A DNA stretch of 64,000 bases, taken from an uncultured bacterium. Lineage in GTDB: Bacteria; Patescibacteriota; Minisyncoccia; Phycocordibacterales; CAIRYW01. Every line of letters begins with the position of its first letter. Positions within the stretch are counted from its first letter, which is position 1. Positions 19,972-28,571 of this stretch are shown piece after piece. The notes beneath the pieces are model-generated. The model made no database searches. It worked only from the letters and a program-made list of their open reading frames with translations, and was not told the origin of the DNA. The stretch is from positions 132,352 through 196,351 of the forward strand of contig CAVYBO010000001.1 of the NCBI GenBank assembly GCA_963766885.1, in the 5' to 3' direction. A program made the position numbers and the translations under genes.

Positions 19972-20988
19972 ATGAATCTTAAAATAATAGAAAATGTAGA
20001 ACTTGCAGAGCATACAACCTTCCGAGCTGGCGGTCGAGCAAAGTATTTTACAGAAATTGATTCTCTTGCAAATTTGGTTGAGGCGGTTGATTTTGCCAAA
20101 AAAAATAATTTAGAAATTCATATTCTGGGCGGAGGATCTAATACTCTTTTTAAAGACGGTTTGCATAATAAAATTTTCCTAAAAATCTGCATAAAAGGAA
20201 TTGAATTAAAAGAAGTTGGAGAAAACATTTTACTAAAAGCTGGAGGGGGGGAGAGCTGGGATAAGGTTGTAGAAATTTCTTCAGACAAGAATTTTTGGGG
20301 AATAGAAAACTTGTCGGCAATTCCTGGAACTGTCGGTGGAGCGGTTGTTCAAAACATTGGAGCTTATGGTGTAGAGCTCAAAGATGTGCTGGCTCTGGTT
20401 TCTGTTTTTGATATCAGAGAAAAAAAAGTAAAGATTCTTTCGGGTATTGATTGCCAGTTTGGATATCGAGAAAGTATTTTTAAGAAAAAAGAAGGCAAGA
20501 ATTTTATCGTGCTTGATGCGACCTTGATTATCTCTAAAAAACCTAATCTCCAGATTACTTACAAAGATTTGCAGAACTCTTTCGGTAACAAAACACCCCA
20601 GACATCTTTGGAAGTTAGAGAAGTTGTAATTGAAATAAGAAAAAATAAGTTTCCTGATTTAAAACAGTTTGGTACAGCAGGGTCTTTCTTTAAGAACCCT
20701 GTTGTTTCTAAAAACGAGTATGAAAATCTTTTGAAAAAATATCCAAATATTGCAGGACATGAATTTGGAGGAAAAATTAAACTTTCGGCAGCCTGGATTT
20801 TGGATAAAATTTTGAATTTAAAAGGATTTCAGGAAGAACAGGTGTGTTTGTGGAAAGATCAGCCGCTTGTGGTTGTAAATTTAGGCAATCAAAACGCAGA
20901 AAAAATAATTTCTTTTGCAAAAAAAATAAAAGAAAAAGTTTTTGAAGAAACGAAAATTAATTTTGAAGAAGAAGTAATCGTTCTTTGA
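19972..20988 (+). CDS. murB: UDP-N-acetylenolpyruvoylglucosamine reductase MurB
   Basis: …AEHTTFRAGGRAKYF…HILGGGSNTLF…, the MurB FAD-binding N-terminus. The true start is ATG 19972; the 19918 start in the ORF track reads through the hairpin. Confidence 0.85.
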   Translation: MNLKIIENVELAEHTTFRAGGRAKYFTEIDSLANLVEAVDFAKKNNLEIHILGGGSNTLFKDGLHNKIFLKICIKGIELKEVGENILLKAGGGESWDKVVEISSDKNFWGIENLSAIPGTVGGAVVQNIGAYGVELKDVLALVSVFDIREKKVKILSGIDCQFGYRESIFKKKEGKNFIVLDATLIISKKPNLQITYKDLQNSFGNKTPQTSLEVREVVIEIRKNKFPDLKQFGTAGSFFKNPVVSKNEYENLLKKYPNIAGHEFGGKIKLSAAWILDKILNLKGFQEEQVCLWKDQPLVVVNLGNQNAEKIISFAKKIKEKVFEETKINFEEEVIVL

Positions 20989-21054
20989 GTTATCCACATT
21001 TTTTTATTTTTATCTATTGCGATTTAATTGATAAAGAGAGATAATTTAAGTAGA

Positions 21055-21084
21055 AAAAGTTTTCCGAGGTCGCAGAAAACTTTT
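21055..21084 (+). terminator. possible weak terminator hairpin after murB
   Basis: AAAAGTTTTC / GAAAACTTTT, a perfect 10-bp AU-rich stem with a 10-nt loop. The T-tail comes from the stem itself. Confidence 0.25.
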
Positions 21085-21160
21085 AACTTATAAGAAATAA
21101 CCGGCTCATTCTTTTCCTCCAACTATTCATTTTCATAAGAAAAGATTAAGCCAAACTCAA

Positions 21161-21232
21161 ATGGCTGCAAAGAAAAAAAAGGCTAAGGCTTCAAAAAAGT
21201 CTAAGGCTAAGAAGACAAAAAAGAGAAAATAA
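21161..21232 (+). CDS. 23-codon lysine-rich micro-ORF (MAAKKKKAKASKKSKAKKTKKRK)
   Basis: ATG…TAA in an otherwise empty 350-bp intergenic region, followed by a small hairpin plus T-run at 21257-21292. No SD. May not be translated. Confidence 0.2.
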   Translation: MAAKKKKAKASKKSKAKKTKKRK

Positions 21233-21312
21233 TTTCTCTTTACCACTTAAACAAGGTCCCCGCTGTAGAAATACTTGGGGATTTTGTTTTTTATACAGGC
21301 GAGGAACATATT

Positions 21313-21327
21313 TGCAAATGATTTGCA
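21313..21327. promoter_or_regulatory. 7-1-7 palindrome TGCAAATgATTTGCA, candidate Fur-family (Zur) operator
   Basis: A perfect 15-bp 7-1-7 inverted repeat lies 20 bp upstream of the Fur-family regulator start. Same architecture as the Fur (TGATAATnATTATCA), PerR and Zur boxes. Confidence 0.5.
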
Positions 21328-21346
21328 TTTGGTGTAGGATATTTTA

Positions 21347-21772
21347 ATGAAAAAAGAAACAAATTTTACTGAGCTTTTGAGGAATGCTGGTTACAAAGCA
21401 ACTCCCTCCAGAATTCAAATTTTGGATGTGTTAGCCAAAGAACAACATCCTGTAAATATCGCTTTTTTATATAAGAAACTGAAAGGAAAAATGGATCAGA
21501 CCACAATTTACAGGACTTTAAACAGCTTGGTTGAATCAAAATTTGTTAACAAAACTCAGATTGATAATTTGGCGGCATACTTTGAACTTGCTCTGGGAAG
21601 AGCGCATCATCATCACATTGTCTGTACCAGTTGCCAAAAAATTGAAGACTTTATGGTTTCCGATGAAGAGCGTTTGGAAAAGCAGGCCCTTCAGAAATCA
21701 AAGTCATTCTCAAAAATTACCAGCCACACTTTTGAACTTTATGGTCTCTGTAATTTTTGCGCAAAATTATAA
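21347..21772 (+). CDS. zur: Fur family transcriptional regulator, probable zinc uptake regulator Zur
   Basis: Fur-family winged-helix N-terminus. Metal site …HHHHIVCTSCQKIEDF… and CxxC …CNFC. Directly precedes znuACB. Confidence 0.75.
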   Translation: MKKETNFTELLRNAGYKATPSRIQILDVLAKEQHPVNIAFLYKKLKGKMDQTTIYRTLNSLVESKFVNKTQIDNLAAYFELALGRAHHHHIVCTSCQKIEDFMVSDEERLEKQALQKSKSFSKITSHTFELYGLCNFCAKL

Positions 21773-21786
21773 ATTTAAAATAAAAC

Positions 21787-22710
21787 ATGAGTAAAAAAAG
21801 TATCGTAGTTCTTGTTGTCGTAATCATTTTGGTTGGTGTCGGAATTTTTTTTGGAATTTCAAATAATCCGAAAACTGCAAGCCAAAATTCCAGTGTTATT
21901 AAAGTTGTAGCTGCCGAGAACTTTTGGGGAAGTTTGATTAGTCAGCTTGGTGGAGATAAAGTTTCGGTGGTCAGCGTTGTTTCGGATCCAAACGCCGATC
22001 CGCATGAATACGAAAGCAACACACAAACCGCTCTAGATTTTGCGAATGCAAATTACATTATCTTAAACGGCGCGGGCTACGACAGCTGGGGAGATAAGTT
22101 AATCAGCGCAGATCCCAATCCAAATCAAAAAGTTTTGAAAGTTTCTGATTTGCTCGGCAAAAAGGAGGGTGACAATCCGCATTTTTGGTACAGTCCTGAA
22201 TATGTCAACACAGTGGTACTTCAAATGAAAAAAGACCTTGAAACAATTGATCCAAAAGACACTCCATATTTTGAAAGCCAGTACCAAACCCTGACAAATT
22301 CGCTATTGGGATATCAAAACCGCATTAAAGAAATAAAACAGCAGTTCGGTGGAACAAAGGTTGCTGCCACAGAAAGCATATTTGTCTACCTTGCAAACGC
22401 TTCCGGCCTAGACCTTGTTTCTCCTCCAGATTTTATTGAAGCTGTGGCTGAAGGCAACGATCCTCCAGCTCAAAGTGTTGTGGAATTTCAAAATCAACTC
22501 CAAAGTGGAGGTATGAAAGTATTGGTTTATAACGAGCAGACTGTCACTCCAATTACCGAAAATATGAAAAAGATTGCCGCGGACAAAGGAATTCCTGTCA
22601 TAGGAATCACCGAAACAATCCAGCCACCGGATGTTTCGTTTCAAGACTGGATGAACAGTGAATTGATTAATCTGACAAATGCGCTCAATGCCAATGCGCT
22701 GGGACAATAA
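21787..22710 (+). CDS. znuA: metal ABC transporter substrate-binding protein (ZnuA/TroA family)
   Basis: N-terminal signal/TM, then …VVAAENFWGSL… and …DPHEYE…NPHFWYSP…, the TroA-like cluster A-I SBP. Confidence 0.8.
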   Translation: MSKKSIVVLVVVIILVGVGIFFGISNNPKTASQNSSVIKVVAAENFWGSLISQLGGDKVSVVSVVSDPNADPHEYESNTQTALDFANANYIILNGAGYDSWGDKLISADPNPNQKVLKVSDLLGKKEGDNPHFWYSPEYVNTVVLQMKKDLETIDPKDTPYFESQYQTLTNSLLGYQNRIKEIKQQFGGTKVAATESIFVYLANASGLDLVSPPDFIEAVAEGNDPPAQSVVEFQNQLQSGGMKVLVYNEQTVTPITENMKKIAADKGIPVIGITETIQPPDVSFQDWMNSELINLTNALNANALGQ

Positions 22711-22728
22711 ATAAGAGATAATTAGTTA

Positions 22729-23563
22729 ATGGAATCCAAGAACAATTTACAGCAAAGTTCAGAAATAATTCTCGCAAGAAATCTTTCTTCTGGTTATAAA
22801 AATCACATAGTTTGGCAGAACGCGAGTTTTGAAGTTTCGCGCGGAGAATTTGTAGGAATTTTGGGGCCGAACGGCGCGGGCAAAACTACGCTTTTCAAAA
22901 TGCTTTTGGGTTTGCAGGATCCGATTGCTGGGGAACTAAAAATTTTTGGAAAAGAGCCGATGCGCGGCAATCCGCGCATCGGCTACATTCCCCAGCGCAG
23001 GCCTGTGGACAGCGAGATGAAAATTGAGGCCATTGAAATCGTGCGTCTTGGCCTTATGCAAAATTATTGGAGTTGCTTTTCTACTGAAAGTTCTTCAAAA
23101 CAAATTGAAAAATCGATGCAGGCGCTCAAGGACTGTGGATGCGGAAAATTTGGCGCATCGCTCGCTTGGCACGCTCTCCGGCGGCGAACTGCAAAGAGTG
23201 TTTTTGGCGCAGGCTCTTGTCGGAGATCCGGAGATTCTTTTGCTTGACGAGCCACTGACAAATCTGGATATCAAAAGAGAATCAGAATTAGTTTCTTTGG
23301 TGCATTCAATTGTCCATTCCAAATGCGTCACGGCGCTTTTGATTGCCCACAACATCAATCCGCTTTTACCGTTTTTGGACAAAGTGATTTACATAACAAA
23401 CGGCAGGGTGGCGGAAGGCAATCCAAAAGAGGTTTTGACTTCGGAATCTTTATCGGCTCTATATGACGCGCCGGTGGAAGTGCTCAAAGATTCTCACGGC
23501 CGGGTGGCCATAATTGGTGGGGAAGAAGGCGGACATTATCACGATCACAACCACAAAATATGA
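22729..23563 (+). pseudogene. znuC: metal ABC transporter ATP-binding protein ZnuC, interrupted by a frameshift near 23131
   Basis: Walker A (GPNGAGKTT) and Q-loop are in frame 1 to about …KSMQALK. The ABC signature LSGGELQRV, Walker B ILLLDEP and H-loop continue in a different frame (ORF 23024..23563), with one extra nucleotide around 23131 (aag|g|act). His-rich C-terminus …GGHYHDHNHKI. Confidence 0.6.
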
Positions 23564-24384
23564 ATCCAATTTTTAGCATAAATTTAATATCAGATTTTCA
23601 AACGATGTGGCAGTACGATTTTATGCAGCATGCTTTTGAAGCCGGCACGATTGTTGCAATCATTGCAGGAGTAATCGGGTATTTTGTGGTGCTTCGCAAA
23701 TCTTCTTTTGCTTCCCACGCGCTTTCGCACGTAGGCTTTACGGGCGCGGCTGGCGCGGTGCTGTTCGGACTTGATCCGCTCTTGGGGCTTTTTGTTTTTA
23801 CGATGAGCGGCGGAATTTTTATGGCAGTTCTCAGCAAAAAAGCCAAAAATCTGGACGTACAAATTGGTGCTGTGCTGGCGTTTATGCTCGGTCTTGGCGT
23901 GCTGTTTATTTCACTCTACAAAGGCTATGCCACAGAGGCTTATTCTATTTTGTTTGGAGAAATTTTGGGCATAAGCCAAAATGATGTGCTCATTACCCTT
24001 GTCGCCGGAATAATAGTGCTTATCGTTTTTGTTTTTTCTTACAAGCCGCTTTTATTTACGTCTTTGGACGAAGAAGTGGCAGAGGCCAAAGGCATTTCAA
24101 TTGCCACGACAAACCTTTTGTTTATGCTTCTGGTGGCTGCGGCAACATCAATTTCAGTGCAGGTTGTCGGCGTGCTTTTGATATTCGCTTTGATGATTAC
24201 ACCCGCTGCCGCTGCAGAGAGAATTTCCAAAAAGCCGATCAACGGGCTTTTGCTTTCTGTCCTGATTGCTCTGCTTTCCACATGGCTCGGGCTTTTTGTG
24301 GCGTTTTATCTGCCATATCCGGTGAGTTTTTTCATCACAACAATCACTTTTGTAATTTATCTGGTTACTCGCATTTTTGCATAA
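23560..24384 (+). CDS. znuB: metal ABC transporter permease (ZnuB-like)
   Basis: 274 aa with 8-9 TM helices. ABC-3 family pattern (…LDEEVAEAKGIS…). ATG overlaps the znuC stop (ATGA). A start at 23605 is also possible. Confidence 0.8.
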   Translation: MNPIFSINLISDFQTMWQYDFMQHAFEAGTIVAIIAGVIGYFVVLRKSSFASHALSHVGFTGAAGAVLFGLDPLLGLFVFTMSGGIFMAVLSKKAKNLDVQIGAVLAFMLGLGVLFISLYKGYATEAYSILFGEILGISQNDVLITLVAGIIVLIVFVFSYKPLLFTSLDEEVAEAKGISIATTNLLFMLLVAAATSISVQVVGVLLIFALMITPAAAAERISKKPINGLLLSVLIALLSTWLGLFVAFYLPYPVSFFITTITFVIYLVTRIFA

Positions 24385-24476
24385 CTATTTTGTAATCTTT
24401 TGCATGCACCAGCGTCATAGGAAATGGCGTAATTTTTAATGTTACAATACTAGCCTAATAAATAATTAAAAAGTTT

Positions 24477-25115
24477 ATGAAAATCACAAAAATAGGCCAT
24501 TGCTGCTTGATATTGGAAGACAACGGCGTTAAATTTATGACGGACCCAGGAAATTTTACCATTGAAGAGCAGGAAAAAATCACCGGTCTGGATGCAATTA
24601 TAATTACACATGAGCATCAGGATCATTTTCACTCAGATTCAGTCAAAAAACTTTTGGCCAAAAATCCAAATGCTGTGGTGGTGACCAATACTGCTGTGGG
24701 CAAACTGCTTGCCGATATGGGAATCACGCACACACGAGTTGGCGACAAAGAATCAGCTGAAGTCAAAGGAGTCAAAATTGAAGGCTTCGGCAAAGAACAC
24801 GCGCCGATTTATCAAACAATGGGCGCGTGTGAAAACACTGGTTACTTTATTTTTGATAAATTTTATTTTCCTGGAGATAATTTTTATGCGCCAGAAAAAC
24901 CCGTGGACGTATTAGCGCTCCCTGTTGCTGCGCCTTGGATGAAAATGTCTGAGGCAATAGACTTTGCCAAAAAAGTAAAAGCCAAAAAGGCATTCGGTGT
25001 GCACGACGGAATGATACAGCCAATGTTCCGCGGGTTTGTTGGCATGGCGCTCAAGATGTTCGTCCCAGAAACGGAATATACTACTCTACAAGATGGCGGA
25101 AGCAAGGAGTTTTAG
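24477..25115 (+). CDS. MBL-fold metallo-hydrolase
   Basis: ITHEHQDHF is an HxHxDH motif of the metallo-beta-lactamase superfamily. Confidence 0.7.
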   Translation: MKITKIGHCCLILEDNGVKFMTDPGNFTIEEQEKITGLDAIIITHEHQDHFHSDSVKKLLAKNPNAVVVTNTAVGKLLADMGITHTRVGDKESAEVKGVKIEGFGKEHAPIYQTMGACENTGYFIFDKFYFPGDNFYAPEKPVDVLALPVAAPWMKMSEAIDFAKKVKAKKAFGVHDGMIQPMFRGFVGMALKMFVPETEYTTLQDGGSKEF

Positions 25116-25137
25116 TACAACTAATAAAATAAATATT

Positions 25138-25887
25138 ATGAACATGATCAAAGACAAAATTACAATTGTAACTGGCGCATCAAGCGGTATTGGAGAAGCC
25201 ACAGCCAGATCTTTGGCAAAGGAGGGTGCAAAGGTTGTTCTTGTTGCTAGGCGCAAAGACAGAATTGATACCTTGGCAAAAGAAATAGAAAAAACAGGAG
25301 GAACAGTGTGGGCGATTGCAACTGATATTAATGACAGAAAAAACTGTGAAGAGGTAGTGAAGCAGGTGAAAGAAAAATGGACGACAATAGATATTCTTGT
25401 TAACAATGCCGGAGTTATGCTTTTGGGTCCTGCTATTGGTGCGCCTATTGAAGAATGGGAAGAGATGGTTAAAGTGAATCTCCTTGCACTTATGTATATG
25501 ACGCACGAAGTGTTGCCTATTATGAAGGAGAAAAACAGCGGCCATATTATAAATGTTTCAAGCGTTGCCGGTAGAACCACCAGTCCAATAAGCGCTGTTT
25601 ATAATGCTACGAAGTGGGGTGTGAATGCTTTTACAGAAGCGCTTAGGCAAGAGTTCTCGGCAGGAAAATTGGCTATTCGCACGACAATCATTGAGCCAGG
25701 CGCAGTGATTACTGAACTTGCAAGTCATAACAGACCAGAGATTCAGGAGGGAATGAAAGAGCGGTTTGCAAAAATGAAAAGACTTGAAGTTGACGACATT
25801 GCTCGTTCTATTATTTATGCAGTAAGCCAACCAGCACATGTGAATGTTAACGAAATTCTCATCAGACCTACGGATCAGCCAAATTAG
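25138..25887 (+). CDS. SDR family NAD(P)-dependent oxidoreductase
   Basis: TGASSGIGEATARSLAKEGAKVVL (the TGxxxGIG motif) and NNAG…; the Y-x3-K region is present. The 25036 start in the track is a TTG-initiated 5' extension; ATG 25138 is more plausible. Confidence 0.8.
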   Translation: MNMIKDKITIVTGASSGIGEATARSLAKEGAKVVLVARRKDRIDTLAKEIEKTGGTVWAIATDINDRKNCEEVVKQVKEKWTTIDILVNNAGVMLLGPAIGAPIEEWEEMVKVNLLALMYMTHEVLPIMKEKNSGHIINVSSVAGRTTSPISAVYNATKWGVNAFTEALRQEFSAGKLAIRTTIIEPGAVITELASHNRPEIQEGMKERFAKMKRLEVDDIARSIIYAVSQPAHVNVNEILIRPTDQPN

Positions 25888-25912
25888 TTTTTAGGAATTG
25901 TTTTTTGAATAT

Positions 25913-25937
25913 AAAAAATTCCCCAAAAGTTTTGGGG
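25913..25937. terminator. bidirectional terminator between convergent genes
   Basis: Palindrome CCCCAAAA g TTTTGGGG, flanked by an A-run on the plus side (a T-run for the minus-strand gene ending at 25971). Confidence 0.45.
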
Positions 25938-25970
25938 AGCGAAGGATGTTACAAGGCGATTGTACCCAGC

Positions 25971-26381
25971 TTACTTCTTGTTCAAAAGTATTATTGCGGC
26001 AGTGGCACAGCCAAACCCGACAACTTTGGCTAAGGATACACCTCTATCCATCGCGATCTGGTAACAAGCAGTCACGATTGCTTGAATCACGACCATAAGA
26101 ATGACGAGCAGTCCAACAGATGACTGACTACTCGACGCAAGGTAACTTGTCATACACATCATTCCTATTGCGCTAACAGCCGCAGAGCCGAGGAGCATCC
26201 GCCAATCTGCTCCAGCTAGGTTTTTTATCTGGCCTGTAGCAAATGGAAAGATGAACATGAAGACAGCGAATGTGAAAACCGCTGCCATGATGTTTCCGCC
26301 AAGCTTGCTCTTGTTGAGAAGCAGCGGGTAAATGCCGAACATGAGTCCAGCAAGGACCGCTTGGATTTGTGATTTGTCCAC
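25971..26381 (-). CDS. small polytopic membrane protein (4 TM, DMT/EamA-half-like)
   Basis: 136 aa, hydrophobic with 4 predicted helices. No specific motif recognised. GC-richer than the genome background. Confidence 0.45.
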   Translation of the reverse strand: MDKSQIQAVLAGLMFGIYPLLLNKSKLGGNIMAAVFTFAVFMFIFPFATGQIKNLAGADWRMLLGSAAVSAIGMMCMTSYLASSSQSSVGLLVILMVVIQAIVTACYQIAMDRGVSLAKVVGFGCATAAIILLNKK

Positions 26382-26506
26382 GTTTTCCTTTCTTGTTTGG
26401 TTGAAATTGAACTAATTAAATACCGCGAGATTGTGACATTTATACACAATTGTGTCAATATTGGTCTCAATTGCTTTGGGCGAATACAGTAGAACTTGTT
26501 TTGGGT

Positions 26507-26539
26507 AAAAAAATTGCTCAAAGCTGCGGGGCTTTGAGC
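26507..26539 (-). terminator. rho-independent terminator for 26544..26813 (minus strand)
   Basis: GCTCAAAG/CTTTGAGC 8-bp stem with an 8-nt loop. A7 on the plus strand (T-run on the minus strand) lies immediately 3' of the hairpin relative to the minus-strand gene. Confidence 0.5.
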
Positions 26540-26543
26540 GAAA

Positions 26544-26813
26544 TTAGCGGATTACCGCATTGCTGTCAAAATGGAACGTCGGTTCTTCGTCATCTCCGCT
26601 GGTGCGCTCGGCGGGATGGGTTTTTCCATCGGTACTGACGACGAGGTGTTTCCCATCTTGATACCCTTGGTAAACCACTTTACAATTTCGCAGATATTCT
26701 CCTGTTTGAGAAACAGCGTCGTAGGCGTGACCGATTGCGGGCTGGGTTCTTGAGACTAATAAGTCTTGGTTCATAACTGGTTGAAAGATTACAATAATAA
26801 TCTGGTTTGTCAA
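26544..26813 (-). CDS. hypothetical protein
   Basis: 89-aa ORF (alternative start 26774). No recognisable domain. Divergent from the DUF1059 gene, with the conserved 33-nt motif in between. Confidence 0.35.
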   Translation of the reverse strand: MTNQIIIVIFQPVMNQDLLVSRTQPAIGHAYDAVSQTGEYLRNCKVVYQGYQDGKHLVVSTDGKTHPAERTSGDDEEPTFHFDSNAVIR

Positions 26814-26837
26814 ATTTCGTTTTGGGTAAGACTAAAG

Positions 26838-26870
26838 GTAGTCTAACGTCAAAGATAGAGTTATCATTAA
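26838..26870 (+). promoter_or_regulatory. conserved 33-nt motif copy A (GTAGTCTAACGTCAAAGATAGAGTTATCATTAA)
   Basis: 30/33 identical to 29471..29503. Located 40 nt upstream of the DUF1059 gene ATG. Confidence 0.4.
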
Positions 26871-26910
26871 GGTCGGCATTATTAGTTTAATAGTTTAATT
26901 ATTTAATTTT

Positions 26911-27126
26911 ATGAAAACAATGACATGCGCTCAAATGGGCGGAGAATGCGATGCAAAGATCAGCGGAAGCACTCCAGATGAAATGATTACCAATGGTATG
27001 AAGCATCTAGAAGAATCTCATCCAGAAATGGCTGAGGATGTGAAGAAATCAGATCCAAAAGACCCTATGATGGTGGAATGGAAAAACAAGTTTGACAAGG
27101 ATTTTGCCGCAGCTCAGGAAATGTAA
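26911..27126 (+). CDS. DUF1059 family small protein
   Basis: MKTMTCAQMGGECDAKISGSTPDEM… matches the DUF1059 N-terminal signature (MKxxxCxxxGxxCD). Confidence 0.6.
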   Translation: MKTMTCAQMGGECDAKISGSTPDEMITNGMKHLEESHPEMAEDVKKSDPKDPMMVEWKNKFDKDFAAAQEM

Positions 27127-27154
27127 CAAAGCCGCGAAAGCGGCTCAATAAAAA

Positions 27155-27514
27155 TTACAGTTCCTCGGAGTCGGTTAAATGGTCAGGATTCAATTTTGTC
27201 AAAGGTTCAATATCTAGACAAACACTTTTGAATAAATTTTCATCAAAATCGCCAAATTTTTGTTTTATTTTATTTCTTAAATCTTCTGAATCTGTCTTCC
27301 CAAAATTCAGAAAATTTTCTAATACTTCTATTTTATATTTTGTGCGGACCATTACTTCCTCTCTGGTTTGATTTTTTGGTATTTCTTGATTGTCTCTGTA
27401 TCTTTGAAGTCTTTCTTTGTAATCTGCCAGCTTATCTTCCAGATACGAAAATGTTTTCATTTTTCGGGCTTGTTCTGTTGGGTCTACAATACCATCATCT
27501 TTGATTTCAAACAT
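27155..27514 (-). CDS. hypothetical protein
   Basis: 119-aa ORF, charged and probably helical. No domain recognised. Confidence 0.4.
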   Translation of the reverse strand: MFEIKDDGIVDPTEQARKMKTFSYLEDKLADYKERLQRYRDNQEIPKNQTREEVMVRTKYKIEVLENFLNFGKTDSEDLRNKIKQKFGDFDENLFKSVCLDIEPLTKLNPDHLTDSEEL

Positions 27515-27558
27515 AACAAAATATTATCACGTTTATAATTTTTATTTTAACCTGGGGA

Positions 27559-28488
27559 TTATACTTTTGCCAAAAGATTTTCAATTTCTGTTTTTAACTT
27601 TAAATCGTTTAGCCATTCAGATGGAAGAGAATCTATACCATTTGCTATGCCAATAATTGTTCCAAGCACTAATCCTCGCGCGGAGCTATCTCCGCCGGCA
27701 AGTGCATTGATGCGCAAAATGTCCGCGCTGTCTTTGGTGTTGATAATAAGCAAAAACATTACTGCAATGAAAGCATCAGGAAGCGCGCACGACTGGCCAA
27801 TTTCTTTTATAGCTTGCCGAGGATCCATAGAAAGTTCTGCGTAATGAGTTGCCTTTGCAAAGCTTTCTTTTATCATCTTTGAATCTGATTTTTCGGCAAC
27901 AGTCTTAATTGTTGTCTGGATATCAGTTTGATTTTCTGACAAAGAATAACAAACTTCGCTAAGATATTTTGTGGTTTCTTTTACAAGTTCGGAGTTGTGG
28001 GTGAGGCTGGCTTGAAGCATTACAGCATCAACTGCTTCTTTTTCTGATTTCTGCAAATATGAGTACAAAGGAGCAATAAAAAGTCCTCGTGCTACTCCTG
28101 CTAATTCTTCGCTTGAAGAAGCTGCTTGGGTTAGAGGTTTTCCCGCCGCGATGTTTTCTAAAGTATCTTTTGTCGCGTGGTCTTTATAGCTTTGTGTTCC
28201 TGACTGCCAAAATTCCAGCCAAGATTTCATAAAAGATTCTGCATCAAATACACCCCCGTTTTCCATACAGTTTTTCAAAACCAAAAATGCCTGGTCGCCA
28301 ATGTGCGTCTGGTCTCCTTTTGTCTTGCCTGGATGGTAGGAAGTTCCAGGCGCAGACAATACATCAAGAGTGGGAAATTTTTTATCAATCTCTGCGGTGT
28401 CATAGATCCAATGAGGACCTAGAGCTAGACTATCGGCAATAAAGGCTCCAAAAACCCCGTTTTCAAATGTGTTTTTTGATTTATTCAT
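27559..28488 (-). CDS. ADP-ribosylglycohydrolase family protein
   Basis: N-terminus GVFGAFIADSLALGPHWIYD and C-terminal …ALAGGDSSARGLVLGTIIGI… are typical of the ARH/DraG fold. The start is placed at the internal Met (MNKSKNTF…); the upstream extension in the track is probably spurious. Confidence 0.65.
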   Translation of the reverse strand: MNKSKNTFENGVFGAFIADSLALGPHWIYDTAEIDKKFPTLDVLSAPGTSYHPGKTKGDQTHIGDQAFLVLKNCMENGGVFDAESFMKSWLEFWQSGTQSYKDHATKDTLENIAAGKPLTQAASSSEELAGVARGLFIAPLYSYLQKSEKEAVDAVMLQASLTHNSELVKETTKYLSEVCYSLSENQTDIQTTIKTVAEKSDSKMIKESFAKATHYAELSMDPRQAIKEIGQSCALPDAFIAVMFLLIINTKDSADILRINALAGGDSSARGLVLGTIIGIANGIDSLPSEWLNDLKLKTEIENLLAKV

Positions 28489-28571
28489 ATTTATATTATA
28501 GCAAATAAGAAGTTGGAAATTTTTGTATAAAAATTGAGAAACTTTTCTTTGTGTGCTAAAAAGGTGTTTGC

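Noticed and set aside
23024-23140. N-terminal part of ORF 23024..23563 (MRPLKSCVLALCKIIGVAFLL…)
   Set aside because: It is an out-of-frame read-through of the upstream half of znuC. Only the portion after the frameshift (…VDAENLAHRSLGTLSGGELQRV…) is real ABC ATPase sequence.
25036-25137. TTG-initiated upstream extension of the SDR gene (MLAWRSRCSSQ…)
   Set aside because: It overlaps the 3' end of the MBL-hydrolase gene. The conserved SDR Rossmann N-terminus begins at ATG 25138.
26382-26506. Imperfect inverted repeat TTGTGACATTTATACACAATTGTGTCAAT upstream of the 25971..26381 gene, considered as an operator
   Set aside because: The arms are not true reverse complements (TGTGACA versus TGTGTCA). 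There is too little symmetry to call a site.
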